A stretch of DNA of 64,000 nt from Octopus vulgaris. Its lineage: Eukaryota. The position numbers and the translations under genes were made by a program. Within the stretch, counting starts at the first letter, position 1, and each line of letters begins with the position of its first letter. Where the stretch lies: positions 23,374,001 to 23,438,000 of the forward strand of contig OX597826.1 of the NCBI GenBank assembly GCA_951406725.2, given 5' to 3'. Shown piece by piece: positions 1 to 14,300 of this stretch. The notes beneath the pieces were generated by a model. That model saw nothing but the letters and a program-made list of their open reading frames with translations. It was not told the DNA's origin and searched no databases.

Positions 1-116
1 TTTTGCTTGACAAGTATGACATACATGTACAAAGACATTGTGCGTTAATGTGAATGTACCTGATGCGTTGCACATAATTACATGTATATATGCACACACA
101 TGCACATAAATATATA

Positions 117-157
<41 letters not shown>

Positions 158-850
158 AGTCTGTATTTATATTCATTGTATGCAATTAAGCTTAATTAAA
201 CTTTAAAAAAATTAAGAAAAAAACATGACACATAAAGACCCTACTATTCTTTTGAGATTTCACGAACAATTGCTTTTTAATTCTTCTAAAAGAAAGAAAA
301 AAACAAAGTGCACCAAACTTTTTGCCTGACAACATTGAGATAATGTAAAAAGAAAAAAGAAAGAAAAATATAAAAGTTTTAAAAACAAATGAGGTTTCTA
401 CTTTTTTCCATGTTACCATCAGATTTATTCCAACTACTTAACAATGTGTATAAAGTGATAATTTAAATGATTTAAGGGTAGTTTTGTCTTCACTGATTAT
501 TATTATTATTATTGCTTTCATTGGTCTGAAACCCCCTAATTTATTTAGTAAAAGGGCTATTACAAAATATTTCTGGGCTTATAGCAATTTATAAAATACA
601 TTTTTTTTATTGGCTTTAAACTGTAGCCCTTATTGGGTGGGGCCACACAGTTTTCTAAGGTGTTGTTAATTACATCTTTCCCCAACATTTTATTATGTAT
701 CAACTTCAGAACGATGAAAGACAAAGTAGAACCAGACAGAATTTGAACTCAGAACCTAAAGGGAAGTAACCATCAAATACTATGTGCTGTTTTATCTGAT
801 GCTTTACAGATTCTGCCCTCAGCCCATCTTTGTCTCTTTCTCTCTCTCAT

Positions 851-885
<35 letters not shown>

Positions 886-3740
886 TCCTCGACATTTTTC
901 TTAAAAGTTTCTATAACAAGCTTTCATGTGGAATATTTTACAGTATTGTAAAAAAAAAAAAAACTTGTCTATATACAACTTGTTTTTTTTCTGTAACAGT
1001 ATTTTAAAGAATTACTTTTTAAGATTCCCACCTAAAGTGTCTTGTTTTTTTGTCAGTGTAGAAATTTTGTGGCAAAATTGAGGGTTGGTCTGAATATGAT
1101 TGCATATTTCTGTTGAGAATTTGGAGAGTGATTTGTTGGAAACAGTTGGCTGATAAACTAACTTTACAAACATTTTGCCTGACAAATAAAGTTATTTTTA
1201 CTTTGGAAAGTCTAAAGTTAAGATGGCCTTTGGCATTTTCTCAACAGCTTTAAATTTTTTTAATATATCAACTTACACAATTTTTGAAATTCACTTTGGC
1301 TGCTCTTTTACTTATATATAGAATCTCTGGATTCCATTATGTTTTTTTTTTTTTATGACAGCAAAATTTTGGATTTTAAACTGATTTAAGGCTCTCTCTC
1401 TCTCTCTCTCTGACAACCTTTTTTGTGCAATTGATTGTATGTATATTTCCTTGTCGAACATGTGGACAGTATGATACTGTGCCTCTGGACTTTGTTACCT
1501 CTTTAATGAATGAACTGGAATTTAAAATGTTCTTGTTGCTGCTAAACTTGGAATTATTTCATTGTTATTACTCATTCAGTTTTCTGCTATTCTCAATAAA
1601 AAGGGATCAGTGTTTATTCAGCTATTATCATTATTATTTCATATCATTGTTGCCATCCATAATGATTTTCCTTTTCCCAAGAATTCTAGGTAATGTACAC
1701 CGAAACTTATAAACATTTGTTTATGCAACATGGTGTGTATTAACTGATTACATTAAAACAATACAAAGGTGCAGGCATAGCTGTGTAGTAGGAACATTGC
1801 TTCCAACCACATTGTTCTGGGTTCAGTTCCACTTTGTAGCACCTTGGGCAAGTGTCTACCATACTCTTGGGCCAACCAAAGCCTTGAGTGGATTTGGTAG
1901 ATGGAAACTGAAAGAAGCCCATTGTGTGTGTATGTATATATATATATATATGTGTGTTTGTCTCACCAACATTGCGTGACAACCGATTCTGGTGTGTTTA
2001 CACTCCTATAACTTAGCAGTTCGGCAAAAGTGACTGATAGAATAAGTACTAGGCTTACAAAGAATAAGTCCTGGGGTTCATTTGCTTGATTAAAGGCCGT
2101 GTTCCAGCATGGCTGCAGTCAAAATAACAAACAAATAAAATATATGTGGCTGTTTCCACCACTACTGTTTGACAACCAGTGTTGGTGTGTTTACATCCTC
2201 ATACCTTAGAGGTTCAGCAAAAGACACCAATAAAATAAGTACTGGGCTTTAAAAAAAATAAACAATTGGGTTCAATTCATTTGATTAGAAAATTCTTCAA
2301 GGCAGTGCTCCAGCATGGCCACAGACAAATATAAAAGATAAGGATTATTATTAATGTAGGCTTGGGAGGGGCTGTGTGGTTAAGAAATTTGCTTTCAAAC
2401 CACATGGTTCCAGGTTCAGTTTCATTGTGTGGCACATTGCCCAAGTGTCTTCTACTATAGCCTCAAACCAACCAAAGCATTGAGTGGATTTGATAGATGG
2501 AAACTGAAAGAAGCCCATCATATGTGAGTGAATGTTTGTGCTCCCTTGCCGTGACATTGCATGATTATTGTAAATGAATGTCATTGATTTTTAATATTCT
2601 GACCCATGAAAAAATGGATGTGAAACCAATGATGCAAATGTTAAAAATCATCACCATTGGAATTATTATTATGGTGATGGTGGCAAGCTGGCAGAATTGT
2701 TAGCACGCTAAACAAAATTTACATTCCGAGTTCAAATTCTGCCAAAGTCAACTTTGCCTCTCATTCTTTCAGGGTTGATAAAATAAGTACCAGTTGAGTT
2801 GTGGGGGACTGATATATTTGACTAGCTCGCTCCTCCAAAATTGCTGGCCTTGTGCCAAAATTTGAAACAATTATTATCATCATGGTGAGTTGGTAGAACT
2901 GTTGGCGCACAGCAGAGAAAATGCTTATCAGCATTTCTTCTGGATCTGTAGAGTCCGAGTTCAAATCTCACTGAGGCCAACTTTACCTTTTTATCTTTTC
3001 AGGGTTGATAAAATAAAGTACCAGTTATGCACTGGGCTTGAAATAATCAACTTGTCCTTTCTCACTGAATTTACCAACTTTGTGCCAAACTTTGAAACTA
3101 TCCTTATTAGTAAGTTGGAGGGAGATAGTGGCTAAATCATTGGTGCGTCAGACAAAACAGTTAACAGCATTTCTTCTAGCTCATACCCTAAGTTCAAATT
3201 CTGCCAAGGTCAACTTAGCCATTTGATCATTTCAGAATTGCTAGCCTTGTGCCAACATTTGAAACTGCCAGGGTTGACTCTGCCTTTCGTTCTTTCGAGG
3301 TTGAGCACTGGAGTGTGAAAAAGCGGTGAGCTGGCAGAATTGATAGCTTACTGGGCAAAATGCTTGGTAGCATTTTGTCAGTCTATACATTCTGAGTTCA
3401 AATTCCACAAAGTTTGAAATCGTTAAGTCAATGAGCTAGCAGATTCGTTAGCATGATAAACAAATTGCTTTGTAGTGTTTCATTTTGCTCAAATCTCAGC
3501 AAGGTCAATTTTGCTTTTCACCAAAAAAGGAGGGAAAAAAAAAGACCAATCAAATACTGGGGGGTGGGGGTAATTAGTTTGCCTTTCTCCTCAAAAGTTA
3601 TTGGTCCTGTGCCAAAATCAGAATTATTTTCTTTCACTTGCTAAAATATTAGTTTTTGTTGATGCACAGAAAAAGACCCAACCAAAAGCATTGCTTATTC
3701 AAAGTGAATTATTTGCTCTTTTCTTTACTGTCTTTCTTAA

Positions 3741-3955
3741 CCCTTTCGATACCAATCGGGCTGAAACTGGCTCTGAGTACAAATGTCTTGTTGCCATAAG
3801 TTTTCGATTAAAATCTTCCACCAAACTTTAGTCAAAATTTACGTTCCTAACACTAGCTTAATGATAACTAAGTTATTTTACTAACTTCTTTGTTATATTT
3901 AAAATCAATTGAAAGAAACATAGAACATCTCAAAATAAATACAGTAACAAAAGGG
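3741..3955. mobile_element. piggyBac-like MITE; same family at 32824-33022 and 33054-33274, related termini at 43652-43865
   Basis: TTAA|CCCTTT...AAAGGG|TTAA. Confidence 0.7.
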
Positions 3956-5808
3956 TTAAACACTTGGTCTCTTGTCATTAAGCTTGTTTTGTAATAATTA
4001 AACATAACCTTGCCATTGGCATTTATAAACAAACTTTTAAGCCATTCCTAAGAAGAACAGTGACTAACAGCAATTAATTGTTCTCAAATTTATACAGACT
4101 TCCTTTCAGATTCCTTGGAGTTAATTATCTACTAACGATTAACATTTATTATTCCAATTTAGATAGACATTGATATCGTAGTATCATTTTTTTCTTTGCT
4201 TTTGTTAGTGTTGAAGACATCTCGTAGTTCATTGATTATAGGTACAAGTATGATTGTGTTGTTAAAGAAGTTTGCTTCCCAGCCACATGGTTTCAGGTTC
4301 TTATCCACGGCATAACTGACACCTTGGAAAAGTGTCTTCAAGTGTAACCCCAGGCTGACTAAAGCTTGATGAGTGGGTTTCATTGACAGAACTTGAAAGA
4401 AGCTTGTGCTGCGGATGATATACTGTTACTTGTTTCAGTTATTTGTCCATGCTGGGGCACCGCCTTTAGTCGAACAAATCAACCCCAGGACTTATTCTTT
4501 GTAAGCCTAGTACTTATTCTATCGGTCTCTTTTTACTTAACCTGTAAGTTACAGGAACGTAAACACACCAATATCAGTTGCCAAGCGATGGGGTGGGAGA
4601 CAAACACAGACACACACATATATACAACGGGCTTCTTTCAGTTTCTGTCTAACAAATCCACTCACAAGGCTTTAGTAGAAGACACTTGCCTAAGGTGCCA
4701 TGCTGTGGGACTGAACCTGGAATCATGTGGTTGGTAAGCAAGCTACTTACCACACAACCACTCCTACACCTATATAATATTGGTATTTGTTTCTTATGCA
4801 AGCAAGAAGGTGAAATTTGCTCCTGGTTCACATGGTTTTAACTTCAGCCCTACTGCATGGTGCCTTGGGCAAGTATCTTCTTTTATAGTCCGTGTGTGTG
4901 TATATATTACTTACTTTTAACTCACTATTGTGTATGTTGATTTTTACTGTTGTATACATTTGGGCACATGGCATATTCAATTCACATTTGTAAGGTCATG
5001 AGTTCAATTTCCGGCAATGTGTTTGTGTCCTTGAGCAAGACACTTTATTTCACATTGCTCCTGTCCACTCAACTGCCTTGGCCAAGTATCTTAACCCAAT
5101 TGGATCCAGTTAAACCAACCAACTTGTGCCAGCATGGAATATGAATGTTCAATGATGATGATGATTTGAAAAATTTGTGCGAAGTGCACCTTATCGACCT
5201 GCACTTCCTTAAAACATATTGTAGCTCTTACTTAGCTTAATTATGGCTTCCAAGTTAAAGTTGAGGAGAGTTAAAAAAAAAAACAAAGTACCATTACTTT
5301 CCTATGCCTGCAGGAGTCAGACAATTTTGTTGAGGTAGATTATACTACAGCAAGCAGCTCTTCCTGTCATCAGCACTTGTTTCCAAGCAAGTAAATATTT
5401 CCCCATGCCCAAACAGGTTTTCACCGAGAACTGGAAATGAACGACACTGCCTGTACAACAGTGATACTTGTTTACAACTATCCAGTGATGAAATGGACTC
5501 CATTCAATTTCCATCAACCAAATCCTTGGTTTGTCAGAGGCTATACTAAAAGACAAACTTGCCCAAGGTGCCACACAGGGGACTGAACTAAAAACCACAC
5601 AGTTGGAAGACACACTTCTTAACCACACAGCCAGTATCATCCCTCTGGAATTCTCTCCTTACAACTTTGGAAGGGAAATAGTACACTCATTCATCTCCCC
5701 AGTTTCAGAAGGCATCCGATGGCCACATGCACAATGCCTTCCTTCTTTGAAACCAATCAAAAGAAAGCAAAAAATTCATAATCAAAATAGTTTAAAGAAC
5801 TGCAGTGG

Positions 5809-5997
5809 TTAACTGCTAGGTTTTAATCGAGTACATACATCACTTGCTTTCTCTTTTGAATTTTCTAGTTTCGCTATGCGGGATCCAAACTGAATGGCTC
5901 TTTTAGGCTGCACAGCAGTCTTAGTGAAACCAAGTTTAAACGAGCATAACCGTAGCAATAACTTTTCACCAATACCTCGCAGCAGAGTCAGGTCCAC
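5809..5997 (-). CDS. ASNSD1: ASNSD1 exon 13, terminal (GEKLLLR...[13 protein letters not shown]...stop)
   Basis: Polypyrimidine tract plus cag acceptor; TAA stop at 5809-5811. Confidence 0.93.
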   Translation of the reverse strand: MDLTLLRGIGEKLLLRLCSFKLGFTKTAVQPKRAIQFGSRIAKLENSKEKASDVCTRLKPSS

Positions 5998-8900
5998 CTG
6001 GAGAGAAAGAGCAGAGGAAAAAAATATATATATATATTTGCTATAAATATATAAATAGGTGCAGGAGTGGCTGTGTGGTAAGTAGCTTGCTTACCAACCA
6101 CATGGTCCCAGGTTCAGTCCCACTGCATGGCACCTTGGGCAAGTATCTTCTACTATAGCCTTAGGCCAACCAAAGCCTTGTGAGTGGATTTGGTAGACGG
6201 AAACTGCAAGAAGCCTGTCGTATATGCATATGTATGTGTGTGTCTGTTTGTCCCCCCAACATCGCTTGACAACTGATGCTGGTGTCTTTACGTCCCAGTA
6301 ACTTAGCAGTTCAGTAAAAGCGACCGATAGAACAAGTACTAGGCTTACAAAGAATAAGCTCTGGGGTCATTTTGCTCAACTAAAGGCGGTGCTCCAGCAT
6401 GGCCGCAGTCAAATGACAAACAAGTAAAAGAGATAAATAGATATAATATATATATATTATATCTATTGAAAAAATAATGAGAATATTTTATTTTTTTTAC
6501 TTTTTCCTTATTCTCTCTCTCTACTCACCCTCTTGTACCTTGAGGGTATATCCTGATGCATCATCACCTCAATCCTTCCTCCCTTTCCTGCTCAGGTAGC
6601 CATGTATCTCCTCAACAGCAAGACACCTATTCCTGTTTCTCTTTCCCACTTTAGCCTCTAACACCTGGCACAAAGCTACCTCCCTAAATATTGCACCCCC
6701 CCACCACTTTGTGAAGTGGTCTTGTGTTGCATGTTACTTAGTGACTCCTCTAGTGCTGGTGCCACAAAAAAGCACACAGTGTACTGCAAAGTAGTTGGCA
6801 TCCAACTGTTGAAACCTTGCCAAAGCAGACAATAGAGACCAACATACCCCAGGTTAGTAGGATCCTGTCAAACTGTCCAATCCAAGCCAGCATAGAACAA
6901 GGACATTAAACAATGGACCCATGGAAATTCCACAGATCAAAAATGATTAAGGGAAGTTATTTGAGAAAGAAAGGATGATTTGCATTTTATTTTGCTAAGT
7001 TATTTCACTTCCAGTCACAATAATGTATTTACAATTTTGAAATTTCCCTCTGCTAAGCACTTTATATTTCTCTATACCTCTTCAACAAACTTTTTAACTG
7101 TGTAATTCCCCTCTTTCTTTCGTTTTTCTTTTATTTGTTTTAGTCATTTGACTGTGGCCATGCTAGAGCACCGCCTTTAGTCGAGCAAATTGACCCCAGG
7201 ACTTATTCTTTGTAAGCCTAGTACTTATTCTATCAGTCTCTTTTGCCATGCTACTAAGTTACGGGGACTTAAACACACCAGCATCGGTTGTCAAGCGATG
7301 TTGGGGGGACAAACACAGACACACAAATATATATACATATATACGACGGGCTTCTTTCAGTTTCCATCTACCAAATCCACTCACAAGGCTTTGGTCAGCC
7401 TGAGACTATAGTAGAAGACACTTGCCCAAGGTGCCATGTAATGGGACTGAACCTGAAACCATGTGGTTCGTAAGCAAGCTACTTACCATACAGCCACTCC
7501 TATGCCTATCTATCTTTCTTTAACCTCACCACCCAGAACATCCCCCTCTGCCAAATATTATATCCTAATCATATCTCTTTCTCTTTACCCTTTCCTTCTC
7601 CACCCTACTGCATGTTGTTAACACTTCTCTCACCCTCTTTTCTCTCGTTTTTTGCCTCTTCCTTCAACCAACCACATAATGCATTTGGCCTTAGTATATT
7701 ATTACACTCCTCTCTTCTTTCTTCTCTGCTCACATTCCTCCCTCTCTCTCTCTCATTTTTACTCCACCTCCACAACTGGAGTATAACAGGCGTATGAACA
7801 AGCAAATTATTATATAGATATTAATACATCTCTTTCAGAGGCTTAAATATCTTTTTACGGGCTTAACTAAAAGGTATTTATACTAGTAAGCACACACACA
7901 CACACAACAGGGATTTCAGGCTACCAAATTTTACTCCAATGGCATTGGTCAAGCAGCGGTGTTGATTGAGGAAACTTCTTAACTATATTCATATTCATGA
8001 TGTGTAATATATTTGACTTGTCCTTTTATTGTGTTTGGAAATTTAGTATAGCTAAGGTGCTCTTTAAACCAAGATCTTTGGGCACAGTTAAAATTGATTT
8101 TGCTAACATTAATAGTGTTTTATTTTATCAATTCCCAGAAGGATGAAAGTCAACTTAACCAAGTTTCAAATGCAGAATGCGTGTCACCAGACTTGATGCT
8201 TTAATGGTCAACCTGTACAACTTAGAAACCAGAGAAAGCAGCAAGAACCAAATTGATGCAATAGATTCTCAAATAAAATGCTTTTAAATCTTTCTGTTTA
8301 ATTCTATGAAAGAGAGAGAGGAACACACACAATGGTCATGAATGTAATAAGGTACAGCACGTATTTACTGACCACAGGGTGATGAGATTGCACCTTATTC
8401 ATCATAACCATTGCGTTGTCCTTGTAGGTAAGGTATAATATAACTTTTACATGTCTCAGTTGGAGTTTTTTTTCTTGATTAGGTTCAATACTATGCAAAT
8501 TATTCCTTTTGATATTAAACAAATATTGGTTTTTATATACCCCAGCTGGAAAGGGTCAGGAACAGGTGCCTTGCTGTAAAGGAGATTACATGGCTATCCC
8601 AGCTGGAAAGGGAGAAAAGGATGGTGGAAATGAGGTAATACCTTCAAGGCCCCATAGAGGTAGACAGAATGAGAATAGGGGTAGCAAACTGAAGGTGGGT
8701 AGATGGATGGGTCTGAGAGTTTGGAAAAAAAATCCACTTATATTTTTAATATGGGTAAAACTGATGTCAAAAGTCCTAAATGGGGGATATAGTTCAAATT
8801 GTGTGTGTGTGTGTATATATATATATATACCTCAATCTATCTACAGCAATGGTTCACAACCATTTTTTACCTATGGACCCCCTTTGAATCCTAGTCTATT

Positions 8901-10326
8901 CTACTGGAGCCCCATAACCATTTGATGTTTAAACAAAATCCTTTTATATTTTTATAATATTATTAGGAATTGCATAAAAAAATTAAAGTATCTTATTGTT
9001 TGTAGAACCAATTTATAGCACATAAACTTTAGCAACAAAATCATGTGGACCGCCAAGGGTCATATGAACCTCAGATGATAACCACTGATCTAGGTAAACA
9101 CATACATATAGCCATATATCTTCTCTACAGAAAGACACATGTTTGTGTCCCTTTATCATATTTCAGCCTCTGAGTATGAGGCATAAAGCCATCCCCTTTC
9201 AATACTATACCTCCTCCTACTTAGTTTCAAGGTCTTGTTTTTGTGAGCTGTTTGGTGACTTCACTTGTGCCAGTGTCATGCAACAAACAAACATCCTGTA
9301 CACACTGTAAGGTAGTTGGTATTAAGAAGGGCATCGAAAGTAGACATTAGAGTTCAATGCAGTCATGTAGCTTGCCAGCAGAGAAGACAAATGTGAAATG
9401 ATGATGATATACATCATTTAATGTCCATTGTCCATGCTGGCATGGGTTGGATGGTTTGACCAGAGCTGGGAAGTGGCACGAGGCTCCAATCTGATTTGAC
9501 ATGGTTTCTATAGCCCTAATACCAACCACTCTACAGAGTGTGCAAGGTACTTTTACATGACACCAAACAGGCACTTTATAGATATATATATATAGGGGTA
9601 GCTTATCCTGTTCAGGCTATATTATTAGCATTATCCTGCATTTGAGAATTTAAAAAATCACTTCTTTAATTTTCTAAGACATCTCAACGCTTCTAAAGCA
9701 AACTTCGTTTGTTTGTTTACGTTCATTGTAATTTGAATTTATATATATATACATACATCATCGGAAATGCCCATATTCCATGCTACCATGGGTTGGACAT
9801 GGATCCAGCAAATTGTACATTCACCCGTGTGACAGCTATGGTTTTTATGTTTGTGTATAATATAAATATACTAGTGCATGCATATACAGCTGCGTGCATG
9901 CGCACATACATGCGAGTACTGTCCAAATCTCCGACCAATCACATTCAGCTAGCTGGCATTCAATTGGCATATCAAGTTTCGGGCATTTTGATTGGGTTTT
10001 GGATAGAAAATTCACAAAAAAGTCACTTCTATTGATTGTTTAATGGCTTTGCGTGGTGACTGGGGAAATGTAAAGATGTGCACGACCACCCTTGGACGGT
10101 TTTGAATGACCATAGAAAGTGCGAGCCCGCTAACTGAAAAATTGTGGATTTGTGTAAAGGATACGCGCACGCATACAGACATTTTGCCGTTTATATATAT
10201 AAGAATTTTTTGCGTAATAAGATAAAAAACCAAGGCTGTGTAGATATTAGAGCATTTATATATAGAAGGTCTTACAGCTGTTTCTAGGATATTTATTATA
10301 TCCCTTCATCGGAGACGGTGTGTGTG

Positions 10327-10371
<45 letters not shown>

Positions 10372-11318
10372 ACCAGTGTCTTTGAAAGGCTTATTTCTAC
10401 AAACAAAATAATCCCATTTGATGCATTTAAATCCTTAATCTAGTATTCAGTAGACATGCTTTGTGCAGCTTTTAATGATTTACCACCTGTTTGGGCATCA
10501 TACAAATGAGTCGTGTCTGCACAGATAAAGCAGTATAATGAGGGGTGTCTATTTACTTTTCAGTTGTCTGTGAATGTATATATAGGTTCAAAATTCACAA
10601 CAGCTGTTTCTGCATGGTTGTTGATGAACTAGTCACCTATTTCTACCCGACCTGTTTATCTGCTTAAAATTTACCTGATGATGGCATGTTTTTGCCATGA
10701 TGTAATTTAAGAATGCATCAATAAAATGCTACTGAAACAGATGAGAATTTTTAACCCCACTTGTGTTCTTTTACACATACACTACATTTGGAATTATCCC
10801 TAGGTGAGATATACAGCTTATATTGGATTGGGTACTTATGTGTATACCTATGTCATCATCATCATCATCATCATCATTTAACGTCCACTTTCCGTACTGG
10901 CATGGGTTAGACAGTTTGACTGGAGATGATAATGGCTGCACCAGGTTCCAATCTGATTTGGCATGGTTTCTACACCTGGATGCCCTTCCTAATGCCAATC
11001 TCTCCAAGAGTATAATGAGTGCTTTTATGTGCCAATTACATGACAACGGCATCGGCCACGACTAGAATTTCACTTGACATGACGAGTCTTCTCAAGCACA
11101 ACGTATTACCAAAAGTCTCAGTCACTTGTCGTTGCCTCTGTGAGGCCCAGATAAATGTGTGTATTTATATAGGCAGTTTAATACTTACAGTTTAATACCA
11201 ATGAATGACAACTATAAGGAGTTGTGCTTCAATGTACTTTTGACTCAATTCTAAGTATTTAACCAATCCTGGTGTTCCACATGATATATCTAGATTCTAA
11301 TGAATCCTGCAAATGATC

Positions 11319-11349
<31 letters not shown>

Positions 11350-14300
11350 GCACAGGAGTGGCTGTGTGGTAAGTAGCTTGCTTACCAACCACATGGTTCC
11401 AGGTTCATTCCCACTGCGTGGCACCTTGGGCAAGTGTCTTCTACTATAGCCTCGGGCCGACCAAAGCCTTGTGAGTGGATTTGGTAGACGGAAATTGAAA
11501 GAAGCCCATTGTAACTTAGCGGTTCGGCAAAAGAGACCAATAGAATAAGTACTAGGATGACAAAGAATAAGTTCTGGGGTCGATTTGCTCGACTAAAGGT
11601 GGTGCTCCAGCATGGCCACAGTCAAATGACTGAAACAAGTAAAAGAATAAAAAAGAAAAAGATATATAAAATCTCTGCTCATGGAAAGCCATTAACGTTA
11701 CAAGAAATGGTTCCAACTGAGAATCAAAATCAGAGCACTGGATTAACTTGCAACCAAATCCACAGAATTAATCACCTTAACAAAGGTCTAGAGCAATGGT
11801 TCTCAACCATTTTTTACCTATGGACCCCTTTGATTACTCTTTTATTCTGGTGGACCCCCATAGCCATTCAATGTTTAAAAACTAGTTTTATAGAAACCTC
11901 TTGTAAAATTCCTATTTTGTTTTACATACATTAACTATGTAAATTGTTAGAGAATGAAACCGAGCTGTTCTTGCAGTACATACCAATACATCTAAAGCAA
12001 AACTTTTTTAGAGGCCTTTAAAATACTATTGCGGGTCCCGAATTTACTATTTCATTGTGTAGATCCCTAAAAATCTTATATGGACCCCAGGTGAGAACCA
12101 CTGGGCTAGACAAAGGCTTAAAGCAAAACAAAAATACTGTCAGCAAACTTACCTTTTTATAAGCAGGTATTTCAGCAACGAAGTTGATAAATTTTTCATC
12201 CAAATAAGGAAAACGTGCTTCTCTGCCATGGTCTGATATAACACTGTAAAGTTAACAATGATGACTGCTACAATAATACATATATAAAACACACACACAC
12301 ACACATATTTTTCTTTTATTAAAGCTTGATCACAGGGACATGAAACTCTGAGTCACAGTTTTTTGTGATGTTTTTGCAGCTTTAATAATATTACTCTACC
12401 TTCGGTATTCGAGTACTATTTTTCCCACCTTGTTTTGCATTTATGTACTTACTCGTGTATCATCAGTATCAACATCATCCTCATTTAACGTCTGCTTTCT
12501 ATGCTAGCATGGGTTGGGTGATTTGACTGAGGACTGGTGAACCAAATGGCTGCACCAGGCTCCAATCTGATCGGGCAGAGTTTCTACAGCGGGATGCCCT
12601 TCCTAACACCAACCACTCTGAGAGTGTAGTGGGTGCTTTTACGTGCCACCAGCACGAGGGCCAGTCAGGCAGTACTGGCAACGGCCACACTCAAATGGTG
12701 TTTTTTACGTGCCACCTACACAGGAGCCAATCCAATGGCACTGGCAACGACCTCCTCGAATGTTTTTTTCATGTGCCAGTAAGGCGATGCTGGTAACGAT
12801 CACACTCAAATGGTGCTTTTTACGTGCCACCGGCACAGAAGCCAGTCAGTTGCTCTGGGAACAATCACGCTCGGATGGTGCTCTTAGTGCTCCAATAGCA
12901 TGGATGCCAGTCATCAAATTTAATTTCGATTTCACTTGCTTCACCAGGTCTTCGCAAGCAGAGTTTAGTGTCCAATGAAGAAAAGGTACGCAGAAGTGGG
13001 TTAGGCAATAACAGAGGAATTCAAAACAGGATGCCCCTGAGAGCTCCGCTATGCTGATGACCTGGCTCTCATAGTAGAATCACTACTGGAACTAGAAAAG
13101 AAATTTCGGATGTGGAAGCAAGGGTTAGAATCAAAGGGCCTTAGAGTAAATGTAGCAAAGACCAAAGTTATAGTAAGCAGAAAGGCGAACTCAGCACACA
13201 CACCCTCGGGCAGGTGGCCCTGCTCGATCTGTAGGAAAGGTGTAGGTAGAAACTCCATAAGATACACCCAATGTAAGCTATGGACGCATAAGAGGTGCAG
13301 CAACATCAAAGGGAAATTAACTGATAAGATAGCTTTCATGTGCGGCAGATGCACAGGGACAATAGACACCACAGATACTCAGAAAACAGATTCCATCACA
13401 CTCCAGGGGTAGAAACTAGAAGTAGTTGATAGTTTCCGCTACCTGGGTGACCAAGTTAGTAGTGGAGGTGGATGCTCAGAGAGTGTCACCATTAGAATAC
13501 GAATAGCCTGGGCAAAGTTCAGAAAGCTCCTACCCCTACTGGCGACAAAGGGTATCTCGCTCAAAGTGAAAGGTAGATTGTATGACGCATGTGTGCGAAC
13601 TGCCATGCTTCACGGTAGTGAAACATGGGCTGTGACTGCAGAGGACATGCGTAGACTTGAAAGGAATGAAGCTAGCATGATCCGCTGGATGTGTAATGTT
13701 AGTGTGCACGCACGACAGAGTGTAAGCACCCTGAGAGAAATGCTGGACATAAGAAGCATCAGATGTGGTGTGCAAGAACGACGCTTGTGATGGTATGGTC
13801 ATGTACTGCGGATGGATGAGGAGAGATGTGTGAAGAAGTGCCACTCCCAAACAGTTGAAGGTATCAGGGGGAGAGGTAGACCCAGGAAGACATGGGATGA
13901 GGTAGTCAAGCATGACTTTAGAGCGTTGGGCCTCACTGAGGCAATGGCGAAGGACCGAGATCTCTGGAAATATGCTGTGACTGCAAAGACCCGGGCTGCT
14001 TCCTGCACCAGTTCCGCATAGCCCCTGCTCATTCAAAGTACCTTGGATTCCAGAACATCCCGCTGTACTTGAGGAGACCTGTTGAGTCAAGTACATGAAC
14101 ATCGAAATAAATATCAATGGAAATAGTAGTTGTGATACCTGTGCTGGTGGCACATAAATAGCACCATCCAAACGTGGCTGATGTCAGTGCTGCCTTGACT
14201 GGCTTCTGTGCCGGTGGCACATAAAAAGCACCATCCGAACGTGGCTGATGCCAGCGCTGCCTCGACTGGCTCCAGTGCCGGTGACACATAAAAAGCACCA

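Noticed and set aside
1-1760. 3' UTR of a convergent plus-strand gene (T-rich, AATAAA near 1595)
   Set aside because: No coding exon or other anchor inside the window
10676-10745. Plus-strand hammerhead (CTGATGA plus hairpin)
   Set aside because: No GAAA adjacent to stem II and no stem I or III pairing
192-12978. Many short ORFs in the track (same pattern across the window)
   Set aside because: They overlap SINEs or microsatellites, often start at non-ATG codons and show no protein motifs
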